A DNA stretch of 64,000 nt. It comes from an uncultured virus (IMG/VR IMGVR_UViG_3300044542_000402) (Duplodnaviria; Heunggongvirae; Uroviricota; Caudoviricetes; Herelleviridae). Each line of letters begins with the position of its first letter. Within the stretch, counting starts at the first letter, position 1. Made by a program: the position numbers and the translations under genes. The stretch lies in IMG/VR virus record IMGVR_UViG_3300044542_000402. One strand, written 5' to 3'. A model generated the notes under the pieces. That model was not told the DNA's origin and searched no databases. It saw only the letters and a list, made by a program, of their open reading frames with translations. Shown here piece after piece: positions 21,142 to 31,308 of this stretch.

Positions 21142-21669
21142 ATGCCATCGCAGATCGACGACACCCTCAAGCGGCATCGTGTGCGTCGGTGGTGGCGCGC
21201 TCGGAGCCAGCTGTTCCGGATCGGTGCCGTCATCCTGGCCATTCCCGTTGTCATCGTGATCGCAGTGGTCGGCTTCCTGGGTGTCCACCAGGCGCTGCAG
21301 CCGGATCCGCCGCCTCCCGTGCCGCAGACCGCGGAGGGGTATCAGATTCCCTACGACCATCTCGATGGTGCATATTTGAGTCAATGGTCTGATTACAAGA
21401 TCATCGATGACACCCATATCGCTATTGAGTTTGGAATGAGCGATGTTCGTGATGGTCATGAGGTTGATTGTTTCAGGCATGTTGTCAAAGTCGAGAAATC
21501 GGACACCGCTATTACGATATCTATGTACACTCGAAATATGGCCGACAAGTACGAGTATTGCAGGTTCGAGTCACGTACTATGATGCAGATGGCGTGGACC
21601 GGGTATTACGTACTTGTCGATGTGGGATCCCCGATTCATGGTCGAGAAGTTGTCGATGGTGGGCGTTGA
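21142..21669 (+). CDS. Membrane-anchored extracytoplasmic protein, paralog A
   Basis: Basic N-terminus, TM helix, PDPPPP linker, two Cys, C-terminal DVGSPIHGREVVDG. Confidence 0.7.
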   Translation: MPSQIDDTLKRHRVRRWWRARSQLFRIGAVILAIPVVIVIAVVGFLGVHQALQPDPPPPVPQTAEGYQIPYDHLDGAYLSQWSDYKIIDDTHIAIEFGMSDVRDGHEVDCFRHVVKVEKSDTAITISMYTRNMADKYEYCRFESRTMMQMAWTGYYVLVDVGSPIHGREVVDGGR

Positions 21670-21686
21670 TGAATTAGCGGGGGTAT

Positions 21687-22830
21687 CTATTTTCTATTTG
21701 AGGTATTGCTGTCCAGCTGGTGATACATCAGCGCCGTGTCGGCATTGTTCAGTTTACCCAGAAGGGTGTCCTTGCTTGTCTTCATGGGGCTGCCGTCGGT
21801 GGGCCAGCGCTCTTTTCCTTGGAATGTACCGATGACGCTGGGACCACCTGGTTGATATTCGATGAATGATGCGCCGCTCGCGCCTCCGGTGATGGGTTCC
21901 TTGCATGGCATCTGGATTGCACCGGGATAGAGATCGTCTTGATCAGCTGCCGATGAGGTTCCTGTACATTTATAGACATGCGTCTCGTCAGGTCTCGTCA
22001 GGTTGTGCATTCTCTGGATATCTGGGATCGCGTCCTGGGTATCCGTACATCGCCAGCTCCGGCAGTGCATCGTCAATCGCGCCTCTGTTCGGCGAACCGC
22101 CCACTGTCAGACCCATGCCCCCGGTGACTGACTGCAGCGTTGATCCGTCATCCTGCGGTGCGACCTTGAGAAATATCTGATCGCATTTTTCGTTCGTTCT
22201 GTTCGAACCCATCTCATAGATCCAGCAGTCCAGGCCGATAGCGGCTGTGACGTTCCATCGGCCGACGGGTGTCTGGGCGTGTCCTTCACTGTCGATGTAA
22301 TATGCTGGTACGAATGTGACGTCTGACACGGTCGCCTTGTTCTCCGGCCAGATGCAATGCCCGGCCGTGATGAGCAGCGAATCACTGACACTTGTCACAA
22401 CTGTCGCCGTGCACGTCCCGTCTGTTGCCTTACCGTCTTTCGTCTTTGTGCTGAACAGTTTACCCACTGCTCGAGGGTGTTCTATGCCGTACTGGATGAT
22501 CGGTTTCGTCTCGGGTGGGAGCCATGTGTAGTCGGCTGGCCATTCCTCTTTTTCCTCGGGAAACGACGTGGCATTCTGTATGGTCTTGCTGTCGTTCTCA
22601 TCACGTGTATTCAGTCCCGGCTCCTGCTCGTCCTGCGTCTCGGCCATGCGCTCATCGGTCCAGTACCCGTCGGGTGCCGCCGTGAAGTTCTGGATGGTGT
22701 ACCTGGGGTTTGCCTGAGGGCTCGGCGTTGCTGTCGGTGAAGCTGTCGCGAACGGGGCGGTCAATGAACTGATCAGGAGAAGACTTGCCAGCAGTGCCGT
22801 ACCTGTTGCAATTCGATGTTGTTCGTGAAT
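21687..22830 (-). pseudogene. Secreted trypsin-like serine protease, frameshifted
   Basis: Signal-like LLASLLLISSLTAPFATA, TAGHC (His) and CDQIFL (Asp) in one frame; TGGASG (Ser) in another; a 10-bp tandem duplication at 21982-22001 explains the shift. Start uncertain. Confidence 0.75.
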
Positions 22831-23031
22831 GGCATTTCCTATCTGTTGAACATGAATACAGGGAAGCGCCACGTTCGGCGCTTCCCTGTATTCATCCCGG
22901 AGCAGGCGTACACCTGCTCCTGGTTCGTCGGAGAAGCCAGCACCCCGCAGCATGCGCTGCGGGGTGCTGAGATCCTGGATATGATGATGTTGATCGTTAT
23001 TCATATCGTCTTGTGGAACGGACCATCCGTC

Positions 23032-23589
23032 ATGTCATCGCAGATCGACGACACTCTCAAGCAGCATCGTGTGCGTCGCTGGTGGCGCGCTCGGAGCCAG
23101 CTGTTCCGGATCGGTGCGGTCATCATGGCCATCCCTGTGGTCATCGTGATCGGAGTGGCCGGCTTCCCGGGCGTCCACCAGGCGCTGCAGCCGGATCCGC
23201 CGCCTCCCGTGCCGCGGACTGCGGAGGGGTACAGGATCCCGTACACCCACCTTGACGATGCGCATCTGAGTTATTGGGATGATTACAAGATCGTCGATTC
23301 CACGCATGTGCGGATCACGATCGGGTTCACAGGTCCTGTCAAGCAGTATGAAGAGGATTGTTATAGGAACTCGGTGAGTGTTAAGCAATCCTCTGACAAG
23401 ATTGTCATATCCCTCTATACACAAAATGTGAGCGAGGAGTATGAGTACTGCAGGATAGAACCCGGTACTTTTCGGGATTATGCCGCCGAGGGTGATTATG
23501 TGATCGTTGATGTGGGCTCGCCCATCAATGGCCGTAAAATCACTGATGGACGTCATAATCGTAAGATTATCGATGATTATCATCGGTGA
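23032..23589 (+). CDS. Membrane-anchored extracytoplasmic protein, paralog B
   Basis: N-terminus nearly identical to 21142-21669, diverged middle, C-terminal DVGSPINGRKITDG. Confidence 0.7.
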   Translation: MSSQIDDTLKQHRVRRWWRARSQLFRIGAVIMAIPVVIVIGVAGFPGVHQALQPDPPPPVPRTAEGYRIPYTHLDDAHLSYWDDYKIVDSTHVRITIGFTGPVKQYEEDCYRNSVSVKQSSDKIVISLYTQNVSEEYEYCRIEPGTFRDYAAEGDYVIVDVGSPINGRKITDGRHNRKIIDDYHR

Positions 23590-23659
23590 TGTCTATATTC
23601 TGCTCCACCGACGTCGGAGAAACCAGCACCCCGCAGCTCTCGCTGCGGGGTGCCTGTGG

Positions 23660-24276
23660 TCAGTTCAGTGCGATGGTCTCGCCGTCGATGACCACCGTGT
23701 CGACGGCGAACAGCCCGTCGTCGATCTGGGCCGCCAGCGCGGTGCGCAGGCTCACGCCGGGGATGAGTTCGCGGTCGATGTCGGTGTGGGTCTGGCCGAT
23801 CTCCAGGCCTCCGCCCAGGACGGTGATCCGCCCGGTGATCGTGGTCATGCCGGGGTCCCCGGCGACGTCGTTCCAGGTGAGCTTCTTCTCGGCGACGGCA
23901 GTGCTCATGGTGATCTCCTCAGAATCTGGTGATGGTCTTTCCCGTCACCAATCCCGGAGGCAGCTGTGCTGCCTCGGCTGCTGGCTGTTCTTGAAGAAGA
24001 GAAGAACTTGCCCCGCAGCATGACTCTGCGGGGCAGGATTCAAAACGGCGCTGCGGCGGTGAGCATCGGCTCGTGAGCGTCCTGGTAGCCGGCCAGCGCC
24101 ACGGCGGTGCGGTTGTGCGTGTCGGCCGCGTCGACGATCTTCTCGGCGGCCTCGACGAGATCGTGGGCGTCGACGTAGGGACTCAGGATCCACATGGTCT
24201 CCTTGAGCCGGCCTGACAGGACGACGCGGTGCTCGGTCTCGTAGGCGGTGATGATGTCCTCGACGAACAGTTGCAT
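23660..24276 (-). CDS. Two small hypothetical proteins (23660-23908, 24040-24276)
   Basis: Each has a GAGGAG RBS and an upstream hairpin-CCGGG element. Confidence 0.6.
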
Positions 24277-24344
24277 GATGGTCTCCTCGGTTCGGGGCTG
24301 ATGTCACCATCGGCCCCGGAGCAGGCTCCGCCGGCTCGGCCGCC

Positions 24345-25034
24345 TCACTGCTCGGCGAGCAGGTCCCACAGGCTCCGGGCCAGCGCCGTCATCTCGGTGG
24401 AGACCCCGGTCTCGCCGATCCTGTCCAGCCCGTCGACGACGGCCGGGATCACTGTGGCGTACTTGCGCGCACGGCGCAGCATCTTCTCGTCCTCGCCGTG
24501 ATCCATCTGGTGGCCGATCGAGCCGGCGTTGTCCTTGAGGTCGCTGGCCTTGACGAGCAGGGCGGGTGACCCGGAGGCGGCCAGCATGGCGATGTGGTCG
24601 TGATAGCTCGTGCCGTCGGTGGGGTTGGTCACCTCGGACACCAGGGTGGCGATCCGGGCACCGTAGAGGCGCGCCATGGTGACCGGCGGGGTCTCTCCTG
24701 GCGGGCCGAAGACGGCGGCGAGCTCGTCGCCGGCGTCCTCGAGGGTGTCGTGGAGCAGGCCGGCGGCGATGAGCTGCGGGTCGGTGACGCCCCAGCGGAC
24801 CAGGCGTAGCGCCACCCGCAGCGGGTGCTCGATGTAGGGCACCCTGGGCAGGTCGCCGCGCATCGAACGGGTCTGGTGGCGGTGGAGGAAGCCCGCCATG
24901 GTGACGGCCGAAGTGATCAGTTCGGAGGCGTCGGGCATGAGGCGGCCGGTCTCCCGGTCCAGCTCCAGGACGAGCATGGCGGAGTCCATGGCCTTCAGCG
25001 GGACGCGCGGAAAGGTGGTGGGTAGTGCGGTCAT
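24345..25034 (-). CDS. HD-domain (p)ppGpp hydrolase-like protein (Mesh1/small alarmone hydrolase type)
   Basis: HRHQTR, PYIEHPLRVA, AGLLHDTLED, VSEVT, LVKASDLKDN motifs of the RelA/SpoT hydrolase domain. Confidence 0.8.
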   Translation of the reverse strand: MTALPTTFPRVPLKAMDSAMLVLELDRETGRLMPDASELITSAVTMAGFLHRHQTRSMRGDLPRVPYIEHPLRVALRLVRWGVTDPQLIAAGLLHDTLEDAGDELAAVFGPPGETPPVTMARLYGARIATLVSEVTNPTDGTSYHDHIAMLAASGSPALLVKASDLKDNAGSIGHQMDHGEDEKMLRRARKYATVIPAVVDGLDRIGETGVSTEMTALARSLWDLLAEQ

Positions 25035-25184
25035 GTTGATCCCCTCCTGGAGTGCGCCGTTGAGGATGTGTGTCATCGACCACCCCGGAGACGGCTGTGC
25101 CGGCTCTGCCACCGGGCCGCCTCGAGGAGACGGGAGAAGAGGATCCCGCCCCGCAGCGGTGCTGCGGGGCGGGATCTGATCATC

Positions 25185-25331
25185 GGTGGATCCTGCGGGA
25201 TTCGAACCCGCATCCTCCGTGCGTCGCCATGCGACTGGCCTGTCCCCCGGATCTCCCCTGCCGGTGGTTGTCGAGGAGTCGAACCTCGGGGAGCCGGAAC
25301 GCCGGATGCTCGGCCGTCGAGCTGAGGACCC
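25185..25331 (-). ncRNA. tRNA-like RNA with Ala identity elements and a large insert in the anticodon arm
   Basis: Acceptor GGGTCCT/AGGATCC (G3:U70), A73, CC; D-arm GCTC/GAGC; T-arm GCGGG-TTCGAAT-CCCGC; about 75-80 nt in place of the anticodon loop. Confidence 0.55.
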
Positions 25332-25417
25332 TTCGTCATCCACCCCGGAGCCGGCTTCGCCGGCTCCGTCACCATGACCCCCACCCCGCTGCATTGCAGC
25401 GGGGTGGGTTCTGCGGT

Positions 25418-26061
25418 TCAGTCGTGGTGGCCGTCTCGTGCGGTCCGCTCGGCGTAGCCGTGGCCGCGGATGAACAGCTCGTCGCACGGCCCCTCCCCCT
25501 GGATCTGCCGGCGTGCGGCGCTGATCTCATCGCCGATGACACGCCGTGCCACCGCGGCCAGTGACTGCACCACCCCGTCGAGCACGTGGACGCCCCGCTT
25601 CTCCAGGCGGTACTCCATCTTCTTCTCCAGCGGATCTGCCACGGTTCTCACTCCCCCGGTGTCTTTGCAGGGGCGGCCAGGAGGTCGATCGGTTGTCCCC
25701 GGCGCAACTCGGACTCGGAGACGATGATGTCGTGCCCGCCGTTCGCGTAGGACGTGTAGACCGGGTCGTCCGAGGCCACGACCAGGCAGCCCCACGCCCC
25801 GTCGTACCTCCGGGGCGGACGCTCGTCGTCGGGGGTGTTGTACCAGTCCGCCCCGGAGGTGGGGCCCGTCCGGAACTCGGTCGGGACGACGATGATGCGG
25901 TGACCGTTGTGCACCGGCGGGAGTTCGAGGACCTGGCCGCGGTCCGGATGGGGGTTGGTGACCGGCAGGCCGGCGAGGGTTCTGCTGCCTGAGCCCTCCC
26001 ACGACCGGTTCAGGCGTGCGATCTCGTCGGCGTCGCTCTCGAAGATGGTGATGAATGCCAT
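25418..26061 (-). CDS. Two hypothetical proteins (25648-26061; about 25418-25651)
   Basis: MAFITIFESD ORF with AGAAGGG RBS, followed by an overlapping ADPLEKKMEY ORF. Confidence 0.5.
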
Positions 26062-26138
26062 GATGTGTTGCCCTTCTGCTCGCTTGTGGTGTGATGACGA
26101 CGCTCCGGCGAGGATGATCCTCGCCGGAGCGCTGGTGG

Positions 26139-26213
26139 TGGTGGAGCACGAGGGACTCGAACCCTCTCCTCCTGCATGCGGAACAGGTGCGCGACCGGTT
26201 GCGCCGGTGCCCC
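26139..26213 (-). tRNA. tRNA-Ala(CGC), with atypical C8 and C33
   Basis: GGGGCAC/GTGCTCC acceptor with G3:U70, D stem GCGC/GCGC, anticodon arm CCTGT-TCCGCAT-GCAGG, T arm GAGGG-TTCGAGT-CCCTC, encoded ACCA. Confidence 0.75.
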
Positions 26214-26420
26214 GGAGGCTCGTGGGGCCTTTCACCCCATCTCCCGGAGACGATCCGGGCGCTCTTCTCGACCCGCGTCCCGTGCGAGGGACGCGGGTTC
26301 GGCCGCGGGTGAAGTGACGTTCATCGGGGTCGCACCCCCGATGGCGTTCACCGTTCGCGGTTGAGCCAGCTTGCCAGTGCTTCTCCCGGATGCCGCGCTG
26401 CGGCATCGAGATTCGTGTTC

Positions 26421-27410
26421 TCAGCAGAGCTTGACGTCCTGACCCACTGTGATGAGCGGGATTCCCGCCATCGAGACCCTCGGGATGCTCACCGCGATCC
26501 GGTTGAGCCGGTCGTTGATCCACTGGGCGAGGAATCGCCCGGCCCACGCCGCTCGGGAGCCGCCGGCGGTGGTGCCGGCGTCCTTGGCACGTCCGACGAT
26601 CAGGCCGTTGAGGTAGTCGACCGCGACGTTGTCACAGGCCTCACGGACACTGCCGAGATCAGGGTCGTCGTCGGCATGGTCGAGGATCCAGGTGAACGCG
26701 CCCAGAAGGTTGGCGCTGAGCGCCCTGTTCGCGACCGCGCCGTGAGCGAGGAACGGCTCCACAGCGCTGATGATCCACGTCAGAGTCGCGTCGCCGTGGG
26801 CCAGCTGCTCATCGGTCTGCGTGTGGCGGAAGTCCATGGCGGAGCGTCCGTAGACCTTGCGGAGGGTGGCAGGGGCCGTGATGCACATCGGCCCCGTGCT
26901 TCCCAGGGCGGTCATACCGTGGGCCTTCAGGATCCCCTCGATGTGGCACGTCACCGCCTCTCCGGCGACGTGGAGGGCCCGGTACTGGTCATGGGCGCTG
27001 AGGCTCTTGGTGGTCTTGTCGAACAGGGCGAACAGCATGGCCTCCGAGAGCCCTGCGAGCTCGTCGGTGCGGATGAGGATGACCTGGATGAACTGCTTGC
27101 CGTTGTTGATCGCGGTCTGGAGCCGGTGCTGTCCGTCGACGACCCAGTAGGAGCCGTCCGGACGTTCGACCACGACGATCGGGGTGTAGAGCAGGCCGGT
27201 CCAGTTCGCCATCTCGCCCAGATGCGAGTTGTCAGCCTCGCGCTGGTAGGGCCCGATCCTGATGACGTCGACGGGCAGGATCATGGTCGTGCAGGCGGCG
27301 GTGTTGGCCGGGGTGCTCCGAATGGTCCTGGGGCGTTTGGGGCCCTGGTGCGGGGCGGGCTTCTTCGAAGAGGGGCCGCTGGTGGTGCTGCCGGAGGGCG
27401 TGGTGGTCAT
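26421..27410 (-). CDS. ParB/Srx N-terminal-like (DGQHR) domain protein
   Basis: YQRE...PIVVVERPDGSYWVVDGQHRL...EAMLF. Confidence 0.75.
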   Translation of the reverse strand: MTTTPSGSTTSGPSSKKPAPHQGPKRPRTIRSTPANTAACTTMILPVDVIRIGPYQREADNSHLGEMANWTGLLYTPIVVVERPDGSYWVVDGQHRLQTAINNGKQFIQVILIRTDELAGLSEAMLFALFDKTTKSLSAHDQYRALHVAGEAVTCHIEGILKAHGMTALGSTGPMCITAPATLRKVYGRSAMDFRHTQTDEQLAHGDATLTWIISAVEPFLAHGAVANRALSANLLGAFTWILDHADDDPDLGSVREACDNVAVDYLNGLIVGRAKDAGTTAGGSRAAWAGRFLAQWINDRLNRIAVSIPRVSMAGIPLITVGQDVKLC

Positions 27411-27535
27411 GATAATCTGATGTCTCCTGGTACTTCTCATTAACGGTTGGGTACTGGGGCTGACGGAGCCGAGTTCGTACCTCGGCTCCGTCGTCGTGTC
27501 GTACAGGTCTTCCCGGGTGGAGTGAGACCGGATCG

Positions 27536-29390
27536 TCAGGTTCGCTTCTCCGCCGTGGCGAAGGCGATCGCCGCCTCCCAGGTGTCGAAGTGCCGGACGC
27601 TTCGCCGGTCGGGCGACAGGACGAGCCACGGACACACCGACGTCCCGTAGGTCTTGACGATCTTCGGCCGGTGGGACAGGGCCCTGGCCATGCGCACTCC
27701 GAGCCAGTTATCAGGCTCGTCATCATCGATCGGCGTCCGGGCCCGCTGCCTGTTCGCCCTGATGGCCCGGACGAAGGGCGACTGTTCCGGTGTCGGGTGG
27801 TGCGGGGCGGGTATCGGGCCCAACAGCCGGTGATACACAGCACCGGCCGGCGGCTGCGGGTCGCCCTCGACGAGCGGGAATGCCGATCCGTGGGGGTACC
27901 AGGCCACCGAGCCGTCGTCGGGGTCGTACTCCAGGAACGGGGTGCCCGGTGGGATGCGGGTGCCCGGTTCGATGGGGACGGTGGCTGCGAACAGGGCGTC
28001 GATGATGCCGGGAACCGGCGATGTCATGATGTCTCCTCCTCGTCGACGACCGGCAGGTCGTCGAAGGCGTGCTCAGGGTCGACTTCGGACCGGTACGGGT
28101 TGGTCACGAGCTGGCCGTCGGACCGGGTGTTCATGAGGTACCGGGCGTTGTAGCCCTCGTTCCAGGCCTTCTCCAGCGCCTTCAGGTGTTCAGTGTTCTG
28201 CCGGGTGGCGAAGGCCTCCAGTGAGCTCTCGAAGCGGGCATGGTGATTGATGACGGCGTTGGCCAGAATCTGGCGCAGCAGGGTCTCGGCGCGCTCGGCG
28301 CGCTCGGCGCTCATCGGTGTCTCGCTGTTGGCGGCACCCAGCAGTTCGTCGACGGGACTGATGGTGTTCTCGGGCATGGTGTCTCCTCGTGGATGCTGTG
28401 TCTCCGGTGGTGGTGTCAGTCGGCGCGACCCGCGTTCCGGGTGCTTCTCATGACGTGCCGTGCGGTGATGATGACGCCGAGGATCCGGCGCACGCTGCGC
28501 AGGTGACGCAGAAGGATGAACATGTGTGTCTCCTCGTGTCAGTAGAGAACGATGACAGGCAGCTGGGGGATCATGCCGCGGGTCTCGTGCTCGGTGCTTC
28601 CCGGTGACAGCCAGCCCTGCAGAAAGCGCTCCCACACCGAGGCCGTCGTGTGCTTCCCGGTCTCGCGGACGACGGAGCCGACGGGCAGCAGGTCGAGCTT
28701 CTCGCGGTCGTTGATGATGTAGACCCGGTCGTAGCCGAGTGAGGCGAGGTGGACCGCGATCTCGCGGGCCCGCTCGTCGTCGAGGGGCACCGGGTTCCGG
28801 TGGAACCCGGCTCCGGCCTCCTGGATGTGCTCGATGAGTGCGGTGATGCCGCGCTCCTCATCGGGATCGGTCCTTCCGGTCATGGCGTTCCCTCTGTCTC
28901 ATCTGTCTCGTTGGCGACGTCGCAATGCCACATGCGCTCGCCCTCGGTACGGGTGCGTCCGTACAGGCGGGTCCGCCGGCGGCTGTCGACGTACCAGCTG
29001 TCGGTGTACTCGTAGCGCCGTCGCTTCTTGTCATGGTGCCCGCCGCGCTGATCGCGGTCGTCATGGCTCATGATGTTCTCCTTCCGTGCTCGGCCCACAT
29101 CCCCGCACCGCCGATGACGATCGCCACCAGCAGGATCCAGGCGACGGCTGTGATCCACGTCGTGACCAGGGGCCGGGCGGCGTGACAGCGCGACCAGGTC
29201 TCCAGGCCGCGTGCCCCGAAGTTGTAGACCTGTTCGCCGGCGGGGGCGAGCAGGGCGATGATGCGATCGCTGACCGTGGTCACCGGGTCTCGGACCAGCC
29301 GCACTCGTCGCACTGGTAGTGCACGTGCGTCTTCACGTGGATGCCGTCGGTGTCGTCGTTCATCTCGGTCAGGCAGTTGGGGCAGATCAT
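27536..29390 (-). CDS. Run of small phage-like hypothetical genes (27536-28027, 28024-28377, 28539-28883, 28880-about 29069, small membrane and Zn-finger ORFs)
   Basis: Overlapping ORFs with RBSs; last is MICPNC...YQCDECGW. Confidence 0.5.
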
Positions 29391-29646
29391 GATGGTTCTC
29401 CCTGTGAGGTCGATGAGGGTGTGTCGCCGCCTCCCCCGGATCGGCTCTGCCGATTCCCGGTTCAGTTCGTCCTCGTGTTCCAGTCCGTCCCGGCTCCGAC
29501 AAGGGGCTGGACCCGGTCTGTGAGGACCCTGGGAGAATGTGCGGATCGGATCGCACATGTGCATGGCCATGCCCTGGTCCGATAGGATCGTGGTCATCGT
29601 GGCATTGAATGCCCATTCGTCATCATCTTGAGAAAGGACGTCTCAC

Positions 29647-29958
29647 ATGAGCGCCCCCGTACTTCCCGTCCCCGCATTGGTCGCCGACGACCGGGTCCCG
29701 GTCGTCATGAGCGCCGACGGACGTCATGCCGTCGTGGTGGCCGGATCCGGGGGTGGCCGGGTTGTCTCCGGGTTCGCCTCGCGGATCTCGGCCCTGGCCT
29801 GGGCCGACATCTACGCCGCCATCACCGACCTGTCCGGCTATCCGGAGCTGCGGCTGTCCCAGGCGTGTCACCGGTGGGCCGCCACCGAGGAGCTGAGCAC
29901 CTCCGACGCCGAGATCGATGCGGTGATGGCCTCGATCGGGGTGCATCGGGAGGTCTAG
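29647..29958 (+). CDS. Hypothetical protein
   Basis: 103-aa ORF with GAAAGGA RBS. Confidence 0.55.
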   Translation: MSAPVLPVPALVADDRVPVVMSADGRHAVVVAGSGGGRVVSGFASRISALAWADIYAAITDLSGYPELRLSQACHRWAATEELSTSDAEIDAVMASIGVHREV

Positions 29959-30096
29959 TGCTGCTGGCGCAGAAAAAGAAGCCGTCCCCGGTCCCGGGCA
30001 CAGCAGGGAGACCCGGAACAGGGGACGGCGATGGTGGTGCGGTCGCGCGCAGGAAAGGAGGGAAAGGACGCGCGATCCGCACCGGATCGTGGAGCC

Positions 30097-30507
30097 TCAG
30101 GCCAGAGCGGGCTCGGGCTCAGTCGCGGGGACGGCCACCGCGCCGGCGCGGGCGGCCAGCCGCTGCTCGACGACGGCCTTGGAGTCCAGGAACTTCACGC
30201 CGCGGATGTCGGGGTTCACGGTGAGCTCGTAGACGTCCTCGCCGCCCTTGGCGTAGTGGTCCAGCTGCAGGGAGCCGGAGATCGTCACGAGATCGCCGGT
30301 GTGCAGGTGCGAGAAGGGGCTGTTCGCCAGGTCGCGCACGTAGGTCTTGAACGGGACGGCGTCGGAGTCGACGCCGTTCTTGTCGGTGTAGGTGCGGTCG
30401 GCCATGACGGTGAAGCGCACGGTGGCCGAGCCGTCGCGGTTGCCGAAGGCCTTGGGGTCACGGGCCAGACGGCCGGTGACAACGACAGTGTTGGAGGGGT
30501 TGCTCAT
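30097..30507 (-). CDS. ssb: Single-stranded DNA-binding protein (copy 1)
   Basis: NTVVVTGRLARDP, LHTGDLVTISGSL OB-fold pattern; no acidic C-terminal tail. Confidence 0.85.
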   Translation of the reverse strand: MSNPSNTVVVTGRLARDPKAFGNRDGSATVRFTVMADRTYTDKNGVDSDAVPFKTYVRDLANSPFSHLHTGDLVTISGSLQLDHYAKGGEDVYELTVNPDIRGVKFLDSKAVVEQRLAARAGAVAVPATEPEPALA

Positions 30508-30784
30508 GAGGGCTCCTTGAGAAGGATGTGCGGATGTGCGGCCCCCGTCACCGGGGGTCGCGAGGTTCTGCGATGTGGTTCTTCGGTTCCTGTCCCGGAT
30601 CAGCTTCTGCTGATGGGACGCCGGCCCCTGCTGAAAGGGTTGGTGAGGGCGGTCCTCCCGCGGCCGGTACGGTGCGCGGGAGGACCTGGATGCGTGTATG
30701 GCTGTACGAGGCATCCCGGTGGTTTCCCCGGATCGGCTGTGCCGATCGGAACCCCGGGGACCGGCCGGTCCCCGGATCCCGATG

Positions 30785-31293
30785 TCACAATGTCTGCTCC
30801 AGGTCGTGCATGGTGTTCTGGCGGGCCAGGTCGCGGGCCATGGCGCTGTACTGGTCGGCGGCCGCGATGTCGCCGCGCTCGGCCGCATCGGTGGCCAGGC
30901 CGATGAGTCGGGTGCGGAACTCGCCCGGGACCGTGGCGTCGATGCGGTCGCGGACTTGTGCGGCGTTGTGCAGGCTGCGCAGGATCACGGCGATGATGCC
31001 CGCCCAGACGGCGAGGGCTGCGATGACGGGGATGATGATGTGCATGGGGTGTCCTCCTACGTCCGTGTCACAGGGGTGTGCTGCTCCTCGGCCGTCAGGA
31101 CGGATCGGGAGACATCGGCCAGGCGTTCGGCCACGTGGACCGCGAACTCCTCGAGGGGGTCGGCCTGTAGCCACGGATGCTCGACGCGGCTGCTGGTCCA
31201 GCCGCACAGGCATTCGATCTGGGGCACTCCCTCTGCGACGTACCGGTGACGGCGCTGCTCGTCGAGCAGCGCGGTGGCGAGGTGATCGGTCAT
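30785..31293 (-). CDS. Two small hypothetical proteins (30785-31045 membrane; 31057-31293 Cys/His motif)
   Basis: ORFs with RBS; second has CLCGW...HVA. Confidence 0.5.
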
Positions 31294-31308
31294 GATCTGT
31301 CTTCCCCC

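Noticed and set aside
25185..25331. Canonical tmRNA
   Set aside because: Much too short, has a paired D-arm, and no obvious tag reading frame.
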